Shown here piece after piece: positions 38,272 to 47,409 of a stretch of 64,000 nucleotides of DNA. The notes below the pieces were generated by a model. It was not told the origin of the DNA. It did not search any database and saw nothing but the letters and a program-made list of their open reading frames with translations. The DNA lies in NCBI GenBank assembly GCA_944381365.1, contig CALWKW010000008.1:2914-66913 (forward strand). The letters are read 5' to 3'. Each line of letters starts with the position of its first letter. Positions within the stretch are counted from its first letter, which is position 1. The translations under genes were made by a program, and so were the position numbers. The DNA is from an uncultured Christensenellaceae bacterium. Lineage in GTDB: Bacteria > Bacillota > Clostridia > Christensenellales > UBA3700.

Positions 38272-41200
38272 TTAGTTTTCATCGTCCTCAAGCATATTGT
38301 TCAGACCGAAAATATCGTCATCATCCGAATCATCGGGATTGTCTGAATTGTCGGCAAAAGGATTATCGTTTCCAAAACTGAAGATATCGTTGTTGTCTCC
38401 GAGTTCGAAGATATCCACTTCCTTATCGGGAGCAGCCTCTTTCTCTTCGAAGTAATCGCCGTCATCTTCTACCATTTCTCTCAAGCCGATTTCTTCTCTG
38501 TTTTCGTTGAGAACTTTGACATCGAGACCGAGAGCTTGGAATTCCTTAATCAATACCTTGAAGGATTCAGGAGTACCGGGTTCTGTGATAGGAGCACCTT
38601 TTACGATAGATTCATAAGTCTTTACTCTACCTACCACATCATCTGACTTAACAGTCAATATTTCCTGCAAAATGTTTGCCGCACCATAAGCTTCCAAAGC
38701 CCAAACTTCCATTTCACCGAATCTCTGTCCGCCGAACTGAGCTTTACCGCCGAGAGGCTGTTGAGTAACCAAGCTGTAAGGACCTGTGGATCTTGCGTGA
38801 ATCTTTTCGTCAACAAGGTGGCACAACTTGAGCATGTACATATAACCTACTGTCACGGGGTTTTCAAACTTCTCGCCTGTTCTGCCGTCATAAAGCTCGA
38901 TTTTGCCGTTTTCGGGCAAACCGTTTTCTTTGAGGAGAGCTTTGATATCTGCTTCCGTAGCTCCGTCAAATACAGGGGTAGAAATATGCCAGCCCAATGC
39001 TTTTGCTACCAAGCCCAAGTGCACTTCCAATACCTGACCGATATTCATACGGGAAGGAACGCCCAAGGGGTTGAGCACGATTTGCAAAGGTGTACCGTCA
39101 GGCATGAAAGGCATATCTTCACGAGGCAATACTCTTGATACGACACCCTTGTTACCGTGACGACCGGACATCTTGTCGCCGACACCGATTTTACGCTTTT
39201 GAGCGATATAAACTCTTACGAGTTTGCTAACGCCGGGAGACAATTCTTTGCTGTTTTCTTTTGTGAATACTTTTACATCTACTACGATACCTGACTGACC
39301 ATGAGGCAATCTCAAAGATGTATCTCTTACTTCTCTTGACTTTTCACCGAAGATAGCTCTCAAAAGTCTTTCTTCAGGAGTAAGTTCTGTTTCGCCCTTA
39401 GGCGTGACTCTACCTACGAGGATATCTCCACTATGAACTTCTGCACCGGGGAGAATAATACCGTCTTCGTCAAGGTATTTCAATACATCATCGCCGAGGT
39501 TGGGGATATCTCTTGTGATTTGTTCTTCACCGAGCTTTGTATCTCTGCTCTCGATTTCGTATTCTTCGATATGGATAGATGTAAATACATCGTCTTTTAC
39601 GAGGTCTTCATTGATGAGGATAGCGTCTTCGTAGTTGTAGCCTTCCCAAGACATGTAGCCGATAAGGATATTTCTGCCGAGGGACAATTCGCCGTTGCAG
39701 GTAGAAGGACCGTCAGCGAGTACCATACCCTTCAATACCTTGTCGCCCTTGTTGACGATAGGCTTTTGAACAATACATGTACCTGCGTTTGATCTCTCAA
39801 ACTTCTGCAATGTATAAGTGTCGAGACTGCCGTCATCGCATCTTACAGTAATTACGCTTGAAGAGAGGTTTTCTACCACACCGTCATTCTTAGCGATTAC
39901 CATTACGCCGGAGTCATAAGCAATCTTATGCTCGATACCTGTGCCGATAAAAGGAGCTTCAGGTCTCAAGAGAGGAACTGCCTGACGCTGCATGTTTGAA
40001 CCCATCAATGCACGGGCTGTATCATCGTTCTCCAAGAAAGGAATCAATGCAGCAGCAACGGAAACGAGCTGTTTAGGCGAAACATCCATATAGTCAACCT
40101 TGTCTGCGTCAAACTCTCTGATGTCTGCCTTATAACGACAAGTGACACGAGGCGTAGCAAACGAGCCGTCTTCATTGAGCTGAGCGTTTGCTTGAGCAAC
40201 AATGTACTTATCTTCTTCGTCAGCCTGCAAATATTCTACTTCGTCAGTGACGATGTGTCTTACTTTATCAACCTTGCGATAAGGTGCTTCGATAAATCCG
40301 TATTCGTTGACTCTTGCATAAGTAGCGAGTGAAGAAATCAAACCGATGTTCTGACCTTCAGGAGTCTCGATAGGACACATACGGCCATAGTGAGTATGGT
40401 GTATGTCACGGACTTCGAATGAAGCTCTTTCTCTGTTGAGACCGCCGGGACCGAGTGCGGACAACTTACGCTTATGAGTAAGCTCTGCAATAGGGTTGTG
40501 GTGATCCATGAACTGAGAAAGCTGTGACGAACAGAAGAATTCTTTGATAGCAGCGGTGACAGGCTTGATATTGATGAAGGATTGAGCCTTGAGGTCGCCT
40601 TCGTCCTGCATGATAGCCATCTTTTCCTTGATACCTCTGTCAAGTCTTGAAAGACCTATTCTGAATTGGTTCTGGAGCAATTCGCCTACTGAGCATATTC
40701 TTCTGTTTGCGAGGTGGTCGATATTATCCTTTTCGCCAAAGCCGACAGAAAGTCCGATATTGTAGCATACAGAAGATACGATATCGTCAATAGTGATGTG
40801 CTTGATTACAAGACTATCTCTGTTGATAGGCTTCTGAATAGCCTCTTTGAGGGAAGCCATATCGGGATATTCTTCCATCATCTTCTTGAGTACGGGATAA
40901 TATACTCTCTCTTTGATACCTAATTCCTTGGGGTCGCAATCTACATAACCTGTCCACTTGTCAGTAGCTTTGTCGTATGTAGCGAGATCAATGGTATTGT
41001 TGCCGATAATCTTGAATTCGCTGCCGTCTTTCTTTGCGACATAAACTTCGTTGATGCCTGCATTCTGAATTTGCATAGCGGTAGCATCATCCACTACTTC
41101 GCCTGCAGTCATAAGAATTTCGCCTGTCTCTTCGTTTACGACATCTCTTGCAAGAGTCTGTCCTGTAATTCTAGTAGCGAGACAAAGCTTTTTGTTGAGT

Positions 41201-42027
41201 TTATATCTGCCGACACGCATAAGGTTGTATTTATGCTCATCGAAGAAAATTCCGTCAATAAGTTGTGATATACCTTCAGAAGAAGGAACTTCACCGGGAC
41301 GCAAACGCTTATAAAGCTCGACCATAGCTTCTTCTTTGGACTTTGTGTTGTCCTTTGCAAGAGTGTTGGAAATAATATCTTCGTTGCCGAACAAAGCTAT
41401 GATATCTTCGTTTGTGCCGAATCCCAACGAACGCAACAATACGGTAGCAAGCACTTTACGGTTTCTGTCAACATTTACCCACAAAACGCCGTTTGTGTCC
41501 TGCTTAAATTCGAGCCAAGCACCTCTGTTTGGTCTTACAACGGTCTCAAATCTTTCTACACCGGACTTGTCCATTTCGCCTGTGCTGTACACACCGGGAC
41601 ATCTGACCAACTGACTTACGATAACTCTTTCTGCACCGTTGATGATAAACGAACCGTTATCTGTAATAATAGGCAATTCGCCCATGAATACATCTTCTTC
41701 GGTAATTTCGTTTGTAGACTTGCGGACAAGTCTTACTTTGACACGGAGTGCACGAGCATAAGTCGTATCACGGTCTTTGCATTCCTTGATGCTGTACTTA
41801 ACTTCATCGTCAAGCTTAAAACCAAGGTAATACAATTCGAATCTTCCGCCTCTGTCGCATACAGGTGAGAAGTCATCGAGCACTTCCTGAATACCCGTAG
41901 TGATGAATTGCTTGTAAGATTCTTTCTGAAGTTCAATCAAATAAGGAATTTCGAGAGGTTCTTTGATTTTAGAAAAACATTCACGCTCTACATTGCCGTA
42001 TCTGACTTTATGAGTTCTTTGAGGCAT
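38272..42027 (-). CDS. rpoB: DNA-directed RNA polymerase subunit beta with ~65 aa acidic C-terminal tail
   Basis: Conserved blocks [40 protein letters not shown] and [12 protein letters not shown] are present; 1251 aa. Confidence 0.97.
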   Translation of the reverse strand: MPQRTHKVRYGNVERECFSKIKEPLEIPYLIELQKESYKQFITTGIQEVLDDFSPVCDRGGRFELYYLGFKLDDEVKYSIKECKDRDTTYARALRVKVRLVRKSTNEITEEDVFMGELPIITDNGSFIINGAERVIVSQLVRCPGVYSTGEMDKSGVERFETVVRPNRGAWLEFKQDTNGVLWVNVDRNRKVLATVLLRSLGFGTNEDIIALFGNEDIISNTLAKDNTKSKEEAMVELYKRLRPGEVPSSEGISQLIDGIFFDEHKYNLMRVGRYKLNKKLCLATRITGQTLARDVVNEETGEILMTAGEVVDDATAMQIQNAGINEVYVAKKDGSEFKIIGNNTIDLATYDKATDKWTGYVDCDPKELGIKERVYYPVLKKMMEEYPDMASLKEAIQKPINRDSLVIKHITIDDIVSSVCYNIGLSVGFGEKDNIDHLANRRICSVGELLQNQFRIGLSRLDRGIKEKMAIMQDEGDLKAQSFINIKPVTAAIKEFFCSSQLSQFMDHHNPIAELTHKRKLSALGPGGLNRERASFEVRDIHHTHYGRMCPIETPEGQNIGLISSLATYARVNEYGFIEAPYRKVDKVRHIVTDEVEYLQADEEDKYIVAQANAQLNEDGSFATPRVTCRYKADIREFDADKVDYMDVSPKQLVSVAAALIPFLENDDTARALMGSNMQRQAVPLLRPEAPFIGTGIEHKIAYDSGVMVIAKNDGVVENLSSSVITVRCDDGSLDTYTLQKFERSNAGTCIVQKPIVNKGDKVLKGMVLADGPSTCNGELSLGRNILIGYMSWEGYNYEDAILINEDLVKDDVFTSIHIEEYEIESRDTKLGEEQITRDIPNLGDDVLKYLDEDGIILPGAEVHSGDILVGRVTPKGETELTPEERLLRAIFGEKSREVRDTSLRLPHGQSGIVVDVKVFTKENSKELSPGVSKLVRVYIAQKRKIGVGDKMSGRHGNKGVVSRVLPREDMPFMPDGTPLQIVLNPLGVPSRMNIGQVLEVHLGLVAKALGWHISTPVFDGATEADIKALLKENGLPENGKIELYDGRTGEKFENPVTVGYMYMLKLCHLVDEKIHARSTGPYSLVTQQPLGGKAQFGGQRFGEMEVWALEAYGAANILQEILTVKSDDVVGRVKTYESIVKGAPITEPGTPESFKVLIKEFQALGLDVKVLNENREEIGLREMVEDDGDYFEEKEAAPDKEVDIFELGDNNDIFSFGNDNPFADNSDNPDDSDDDDIFGLNNMLEDDEN

Positions 42028-42139
42028 ATCATACCCTCCTTAAAAATTTTCGAGATTAGATGAATATTACCGAAAACACACACTCTCCTAAAGGCACAAA
42101 ATGGCTAATTCGGCATTTTACATAATCATACAATTATAG

Positions 42140-42168
42140 ATTGTATCAAATGGTGCAAGCCTTGTCAA
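42140..42168 (-). promoter_or_regulatory. Consensus extended -10 promoter of rpoBC: TTGACA-17-(TGa)TACAAT
   Basis: Minus strand reads TTGACA (42168-42163), a 17-nt spacer ending in TGa, then TACAAT (42145-42140), about 110 nt upstream of the rpoB ATG. Confidence 0.55.
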
Positions 42169-42356
42169 CAAATATTTAATAAAAAATTAAATTTTTATAT
42201 GCGGTTAATATGTGTACGAAAAGATATGACAAAGTCGGCAAAAAGAAAAGCATTTAAAAAAGCTCAAAATGTTTGAAATATAAGGAAGTTTTTATAACAT
42301 ATCAATGACTTTTTATCAAAATTTTTATAAATTTCAGCCATAAATATTATAAAGTA

Positions 42357-42385
42357 TTGAATAAATAAATAATATTTGATATAAT
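42357..42385 (+). promoter_or_regulatory. Candidate extended -10 promoter for rqcP-ispDF: TTGAAT-17-(TGa)TATAAT
   Basis: Plus strand has TTGAAT 42357-42362, a 17-nt spacer ending in TGa, then TATAAT 42380-42385. The AT-rich context makes a chance match possible. Confidence 0.35.
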
Positions 42386-42550
42386 ATTTTATGCGTATAT
42401 GTATGCGTGCGTATATATATAGAATATTTGCAAAATGTTTTATGATTGATAAATGTACAAAATATCAATATCCTATCGCGAAAATATCATTTTATATTAT
42501 CGCAATATATACAATATACAAAAAACACACTATTTTGAAGGTAAATAACG

Positions 42551-42796
42551 ATGAGATTGGATAAATTTTTGAAAGTTTCGAGAATAATCAAACGCCGTAC
42601 CGTGGCAAACGAAGCTTGCGACACCGGAAGAGTTCAAATAAACGGAAGACCTGCAAAAGCCGGCACTCAGGTAAAAGAAGGAGATGTAGTAATCTTGTTT
42701 TTTGGCGACAAACAATTCTCTTTCAGAATACTCGATGTCAAAGAAACAGTAAAAAAACAAGAATGTGCAGATATGTATGAGGTAATAAATGAATAA
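42551..42796 (+). CDS. rqcP: S4-domain RNA-binding protein, RqcP/YabO (Hsp15-like) family
   Basis: MRLDKFLKVSRIIKRRTVANEACDTGRVQINGRPAKAGTQVKEGD closely parallels B. subtilis YabO as I remember it. Confidence 0.8.
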   Translation: MRLDKFLKVSRIIKRRTVANEACDTGRVQINGRPAKAGTQVKEGDVVILFFGDKQFSFRILDVKETVKKQECADMYEVINE

Positions 42797-43931
42797 TAAA
42801 TTTGATGTCATTCTGGCGTGCGGAGGAAGCGGAACGAGATGCAATCTCGGCTACAACAAACTTCTTCTCGACATAGGCGGTATGACAGTTCTTCAAAAAA
42901 CATTGTCGTTGTTTTATCACGAAGATATAGAAAAAATTATAATCGCCTACAACAAAAACGATTATGATATCGTCAAAAATTTTGTCGGCGAGCACAACAA
43001 TATAGTTCTTTGTCAAGGCGGAGAAAACCGCACAGAATCTATCTCCCACGCATTGAAATTTGTCGAAAGCGAATATGTGATGATACATGACGGAGCAAGA
43101 CCTTTTCTGCCAAGAGAATGTCTTCTGAATGCCATGGAAGATGCCAAGACTTTCGGCTCAAGCGTGCTTTATACAAACAGCACCGACAGTTTGAGAAAGA
43201 TTTTTTATGACGATAGCAAAAATCTTTTATCCTCCCCTGTGGACAGAGCAAGCATTGTCAAAATTCAGACTCCGCAAGTTTTTAAGTCTGAAGAGATAAA
43301 AAAGGCTTATGATATGGCACAAGGTCAAAGTTTTACTGACGATGCGACTTTGTATGAATGTTTTATCAAAAAACCCGTACATCTCACCTTGGGAAGCGAA
43401 GCAAACATAAAAATCACTACACCGGAGGATTGTCAAAAGCTTGTAGGCAATCTTTATATAGGCAACGGCTGGGATACCCACCGCCTCGGCGAAAACAGAA
43501 AGCTTATTTTGGGCGGGATAGAAATACCCCACACAAAAGGACTTATCGCTCACAGTGACGGAGATGTCTTGGTTCATGCGATAATGGACGCTATACTTAC
43601 GGCAATGCACGAGAGAGATATAGGAGTACTCTTCCCCGATACAGACGATAAATACAAAGATATCAGCAGCATAATTCTTCTTGAAGAAGTAATGAAGCTC
43701 GTCAAAAAACATTCTCTTAAGATAAAATCCGTGACGGCAGTAATTATGGCACAAAAGCCAAAGCTCAGTCCCTATATACCTTTAATACAACAAAATCTTG
43801 CAAAAGCAATGGACACTAATTTAGAAAATGTGAGTATTTCTGCCACCACAACAGAAAAGCTCGGTATGGTAGGAAGAGAAGAAGGCATCAGCGTATCTTC
43901 AGTGGCTGTGCTTTGCAACAGCGATAAATAG
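42789..43931 (+). CDS. ispDF: Bifunctional IspD/IspF (MEP cytidylyltransferase / MEcPP synthase)
   Basis: The N-terminal ILACGGSGTRCNLGYNKLLL is IspD-like. The C-terminal IGNGWDTHRL..IAHSDGDVLVHAIMDAIL is IspF-like. The ATG overlaps the rqcP stop by 8 nt, with GAGGT upstream. Confidence 0.9.
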   Translation: MNNKFDVILACGGSGTRCNLGYNKLLLDIGGMTVLQKTLSLFYHEDIEKIIIAYNKNDYDIVKNFVGEHNNIVLCQGGENRTESISHALKFVESEYVMIHDGARPFLPRECLLNAMEDAKTFGSSVLYTNSTDSLRKIFYDDSKNLLSSPVDRASIVKIQTPQVFKSEEIKKAYDMAQGQSFTDDATLYECFIKKPVHLTLGSEANIKITTPEDCQKLVGNLYIGNGWDTHRLGENRKLILGGIEIPHTKGLIAHSDGDVLVHAIMDAILTAMHERDIGVLFPDTDDKYKDISSIILLEEVMKLVKKHSLKIKSVTAVIMAQKPKLSPYIPLIQQNLAKAMDTNLENVSISATTTEKLGMVGREEGISVSSVAVLCNSDK

Positions 43932-43993
43932 CATTGTTCTTATATCGCATTTATTTAAAGAGAAAACAATCCTATTATAAAATTTTGATAAAC

Positions 43994-44024
43994 AAAAAAA
44001 AGAGGAGAAAACTCCTCTTTTTTA
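43994..44024. terminator. Bidirectional rho-independent terminator
   Basis: aaaaaaa-agaggag-aaaa-ctcctct-tttttt, between convergent genes. Confidence 0.8.
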
Positions 44025-44035
44025 TTAATCTATAT

Positions 44036-44386
44036 TTATTCTGATTTATCTAATTTGTTTTCTTCGCTTGATTGAGAAGTACTTGTATCAAAGATTTTTT
44101 GTCTTTCCAATCTAAAATCTTTTACGGCTTTGATATATTTTTTTATTATTATCACTACCGAATAGACAAGTGCCGCTACCACTATAAAAGCAATCAATAC
44201 CATTACAAACACATAAAAGATTGTGCTTTTGGGACACAAAAAGATTGTAAAAGCATATCTTGCCGAAGTTATGAAGATAAAAAGTGCAAAGACACTTACT
44301 ATCAAAGCACCCAGCATAGCAAGTACGCTGAAAGGCACGAAAAACAGCCATTGATATAATAAAAAATCTCTCTTTTCTTTTTCCAT
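44036..44386 (-). CDS. Small hypothetical membrane protein (3 predicted TM segments)
   Basis: Hydrophobic stretches WLFFVPFSVLAMLGALIVSVFALFIFI, FTIFLCP..YVFVMVLIAFIVVAALVYSVVIII. No motif recognised. Confidence 0.55.
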   Translation of the reverse strand: MEKEKRDFLLYQWLFFVPFSVLAMLGALIVSVFALFIFITSARYAFTIFLCPKSTIFYVFVMVLIAFIVVAALVYSVVIIIKKYIKAVKDFRLERQKIFDTSTSQSSEENKLDKSE

Positions 44387-44434
44387 ATTTCTATTTTATC
44401 ACAACTTTATAATTTTGCCAATACTTTTGTTCTT

Positions 44435-45976
44435 TTATTGAGCATCTTGATTTTGGGGAAAATCATCCTCAAAAAGAGGCTCTTTTTCTTTGACATCTTC
44501 TTGGAGTTTTAACTCGTCTTCTTCTTGACAATCCTCTTGTCGGCAAGTCTTATCTTTTGCGTATTCTTTTATGAATTTTATGATCATAATCAAAAATACA
44601 AAGCTTGCTATAAGCGACACAAATTCTGCAATCGGGAAAGACCACCATACAGCATTCAGATTTCCCGTCAAAGACAAAAGATATGCCACGGGCAAAAGTA
44701 TAACAAGCTGACGCATCAATGAGATAATTAAAGATAATACTCCCTTGCCTACCGCTTGTATTACAGAGCTACACACTATGCTCGCTCCCGCAAAAAGCCA
44801 AGATATACTCATAATTCTGAATGCACTTATTCCTATGCTGTCCACAAGAGTCTGCATCTCGGGAGTGACATTCTTAAGAGAAAAGTTGTTGAGCATCAAA
44901 AGTATCAATGATGAGGGGGCAATCTGCATTATAAGCACGCCTATCGCCATAATAGCAGTAGCATATATAAGCGACAAACTCGATGTCTTTTTTATTCTGT
45001 CTTCCTGTTTGGCTCCGAAATTGTATGCAATGATAGGCACTATACCGTTGTTTAGTCCGAAGACAGGCATAAATACCATACTCATAAGTTTAAAATACAC
45101 ACCAAAGATAGTCACGGCATCCATACCTATACCCTCAAATCTTATGAGTATAAGGTTCATCAAAAATACCATGAGAGATCCGATAGCCGACATGATGATA
45201 GAAGGCACGCCGACTTTGTATATACCTGCAATTATGCTTTTTGAAAGTTTGAGATACTTTGCCTTATAGCTGATATCCTTATCGAGCTTTATGCAGAAAA
45301 ATCCTGCAAAAGAAGCACCAAGGCACTGACCGATGACAGTAGCGTAAGCGGCACCTGCCACACCCCAGCCGCATATCTTGATAAACACATAGTCAAGCAC
45401 GATATTTGTCACGGCACCTATAATCTGAGATATCATGACAAATTTGGTCTTGCCTGTGGATTGCAACAATCTTTCAAAGCAAACCTGCATAAAAATACCG
45501 ATAGAAAATACCGAGCAAATGCTGATATACTCTTTTCCCGCACTCACTACTTCATCTACGGCTTCCTGAGCTATGCCTTGAGAAAACTGAACTTGAAATT
45601 TAAAATACAATTCGCTCACAGTAAGTCCCAATATGACAAACACCAATGACGAAAGTATTGCAAGAATAATACTATTGCCAGCAACCTTGTTGGCTTTTTC
45701 GCCATTGCCTTCGCCAAGGCTTTTGGACAAAAGTGCGTTGACGCCTACACCCGTACCTACCGAAACGGCAATCATAAGATTTTGCCAAGGAAAAGCAAGC
45801 GACAATGCCGTAAAAGCATTGTACGAAACACCTGCGACAAACACAGAGTCGACAATGTTGTACATTGCCTGCACGAGCATGGAAATTATCATGGGCAAAG
45901 CCATGGATATTATTAGTCTGTTTATGGGCATAGTACCCATTCTGTCTGATGATTTTACCTGTGTATTTTCTTGCAT
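44435..45976 (-). CDS. MATE family efflux transporter with acidic C-terminal tail
   Basis: MALPMIISMLVQAMYNIVDSVFV and a 12-TM-like hydrophobicity pattern. Confidence 0.85.
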   Translation of the reverse strand: MQENTQVKSSDRMGTMPINRLIISMALPMIISMLVQAMYNIVDSVFVAGVSYNAFTALSLAFPWQNLMIAVSVGTGVGVNALLSKSLGEGNGEKANKVAGNSIILAILSSLVFVILGLTVSELYFKFQVQFSQGIAQEAVDEVVSAGKEYISICSVFSIGIFMQVCFERLLQSTGKTKFVMISQIIGAVTNIVLDYVFIKICGWGVAGAAYATVIGQCLGASFAGFFCIKLDKDISYKAKYLKLSKSIIAGIYKVGVPSIIMSAIGSLMVFLMNLILIRFEGIGMDAVTIFGVYFKLMSMVFMPVFGLNNGIVPIIAYNFGAKQEDRIKKTSSLSLIYATAIMAIGVLIMQIAPSSLILLMLNNFSLKNVTPEMQTLVDSIGISAFRIMSISWLFAGASIVCSSVIQAVGKGVLSLIISLMRQLVILLPVAYLLSLTGNLNAVWWSFPIAEFVSLIASFVFLIMIIKFIKEYAKDKTCRQEDCQEEDELKLQEDVKEKEPLFEDDFPQNQDAQ

Positions 45977-46113
45977 GATATCCTCTTAATTTTGAGCCAA
46001 AATCTTGTTTATGATAACATAAAAGAAAAATTAAGTAAACAAAATGAGAACATAAAAAACATAAAAAAATTCTGACAATATTATACCACGATTGATTTTG
46101 AGTATAGATATTA

Positions 46114-47256
46114 TCAGAACAAATTGATAAATGCGTAATGGAAAATTATAGCCACTATCAAAGCAAAGCCAAACAAACCGAATGTAATTGCAAGATTTTC
46201 TTTGATGTTTTTCTTATTTTCTTTAAATAGAAAAGCTATACCGAGTCCTGCATTGACTATAAGTCCGCCGAGTGCCGAGCCAAACGATATCGTACCCGAC
46301 AAGAACAATTCTGTGATAAGCACGCTCGATGCACAATTGGGGATAAGTCCTACTATCGTGACGATTATAGGCTGAAACACTCCGCTTTTTGTCATAAACT
46401 CTGCGATATTGTCTTCGCCCACAAAATGCAATATAAATCCCATTATAATATTGATAATAAGTATATATGCAAGTATCTTGAGCGTATGCAAGAGAGGATG
46501 AACAAAATATGTCTTTATCGTGCTGTATTTTCCGCTCTCTATTCTGTGTCCGCAGCAACCTTTGTGTATATCCACCTCTTCATGCTCATGTTCATGGTCA
46601 TGCTCGCAGTGCTCATGATTTTCGATTGTATTCTCATTATAGTGGTCATCGTCATGATTATCGTGTTCATGCAATCCTTCATGATGAATATTCTGACATA
46701 CCTCTGTCATTTTTTCTTGTGAAGAATGTGTTTCATTCAATGCTTTCGAATCGCCGTCTTGAGAAATCTTGATATTCTCTTTATGATTATGACAATGCTC
46801 CTCTTCTGAATGCTCGTCATTCAAAGATAAATTACTGCCGTTTTTCTTTTTTACAAAATGCACTATCGCATCTATCGTATATCCGGCTATTAGTGCAAGC
46901 ACGAGTTTTGACAAAATAAGCATCAAAAGCTTTAGCCATACGCCCTTTTCGTTCAAAGATGAAAATAGTATCGGCAAAGCCTCGTCTGAAGTAGCTATGT
47001 ACACAGCAAGCAATGTACCTACTGTAATCTGTCTTTTAGAATACAAATCGCTTGCAAGCACGGAAAATCCGCATTGAGGAACAATACCAAATCCCGCTCC
47101 TGCCAACACAGCCCCTTTTGACTTGAGCTTTTTGTGCATCTTTACGGCGACTTTTTGCTCTATCAATTCAATAAGTATATAGAAGACAAGCAAAAGCCAA
47201 GACATCTTCAAGGTGTCCAAAATAGCATGTTCTAAAATGTGCCATATTTCCTGCAT
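46114..47256 (-). CDS. Putative 10TM heavy-metal exporter (ArsP_2-like) with central His/Asp/Glu-rich loop
   Basis: GIVPQCGFSVLASDLYSKRQITVGTLLAVYIATSDEALPILFS matches my memory of the PF11449-type family. The loop reads HSEEEHCHNHKEN...HEHDNHDDDHYNENTIENHEHCEHDHEHEHEEVDIHKGCCGH. Confidence 0.6.
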   Translation of the reverse strand: MQEIWHILEHAILDTLKMSWLLLVFYILIELIEQKVAVKMHKKLKSKGAVLAGAGFGIVPQCGFSVLASDLYSKRQITVGTLLAVYIATSDEALPILFSSLNEKGVWLKLLMLILSKLVLALIAGYTIDAIVHFVKKKNGSNLSLNDEHSEEEHCHNHKENIKISQDGDSKALNETHSSQEKMTEVCQNIHHEGLHEHDNHDDDHYNENTIENHEHCEHDHEHEHEEVDIHKGCCGHRIESGKYSTIKTYFVHPLLHTLKILAYILIINIIMGFILHFVGEDNIAEFMTKSGVFQPIIVTIVGLIPNCASSVLITELFLSGTISFGSALGGLIVNAGLGIAFLFKENKKNIKENLAITFGLFGFALIVAIIFHYAFINLF

Positions 47257-47330
47257 AGCCTTTGCTCCTTCAGTTTGTACAATTATATATAATTATAGTC
47301 GATTATGTCAAATCGATTGAAGCATTTAAG

Positions 47331-47356
47331 AAAAAACAGGAGGGAAAATCCTCCTG
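47331..47356 (-). terminator. Rho-independent terminator
   Basis: Minus strand reads caggagg-attttc-cctcctg followed by tttttt. Confidence 0.8.
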
Positions 47357-47409
47357 CAAAACTGAATATTTGTTATAAATCTAAGACTTGTCAAAGTCTA
47401 ATTTATCTT

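Noticed and set aside
42210-42257. A 15-codon ORF (MCTKRYDKVGKKKSI) in the rpoB-rqcP divergent region.
   Set aside because: It has no SD, lies in very AT-rich sequence where such ORFs arise by chance, and sits between the two divergent promoters.
46426-46772. Two overlapping plus-strand ORFs with Met/Phe/His-rich translations opposite the exporter gene.
   Set aside because: They are antisense shadows of the His-codon-rich loop (CAT/CAC read backwards as ATG/GTG). They have no SD, and they overlap a well-supported membrane protein gene.
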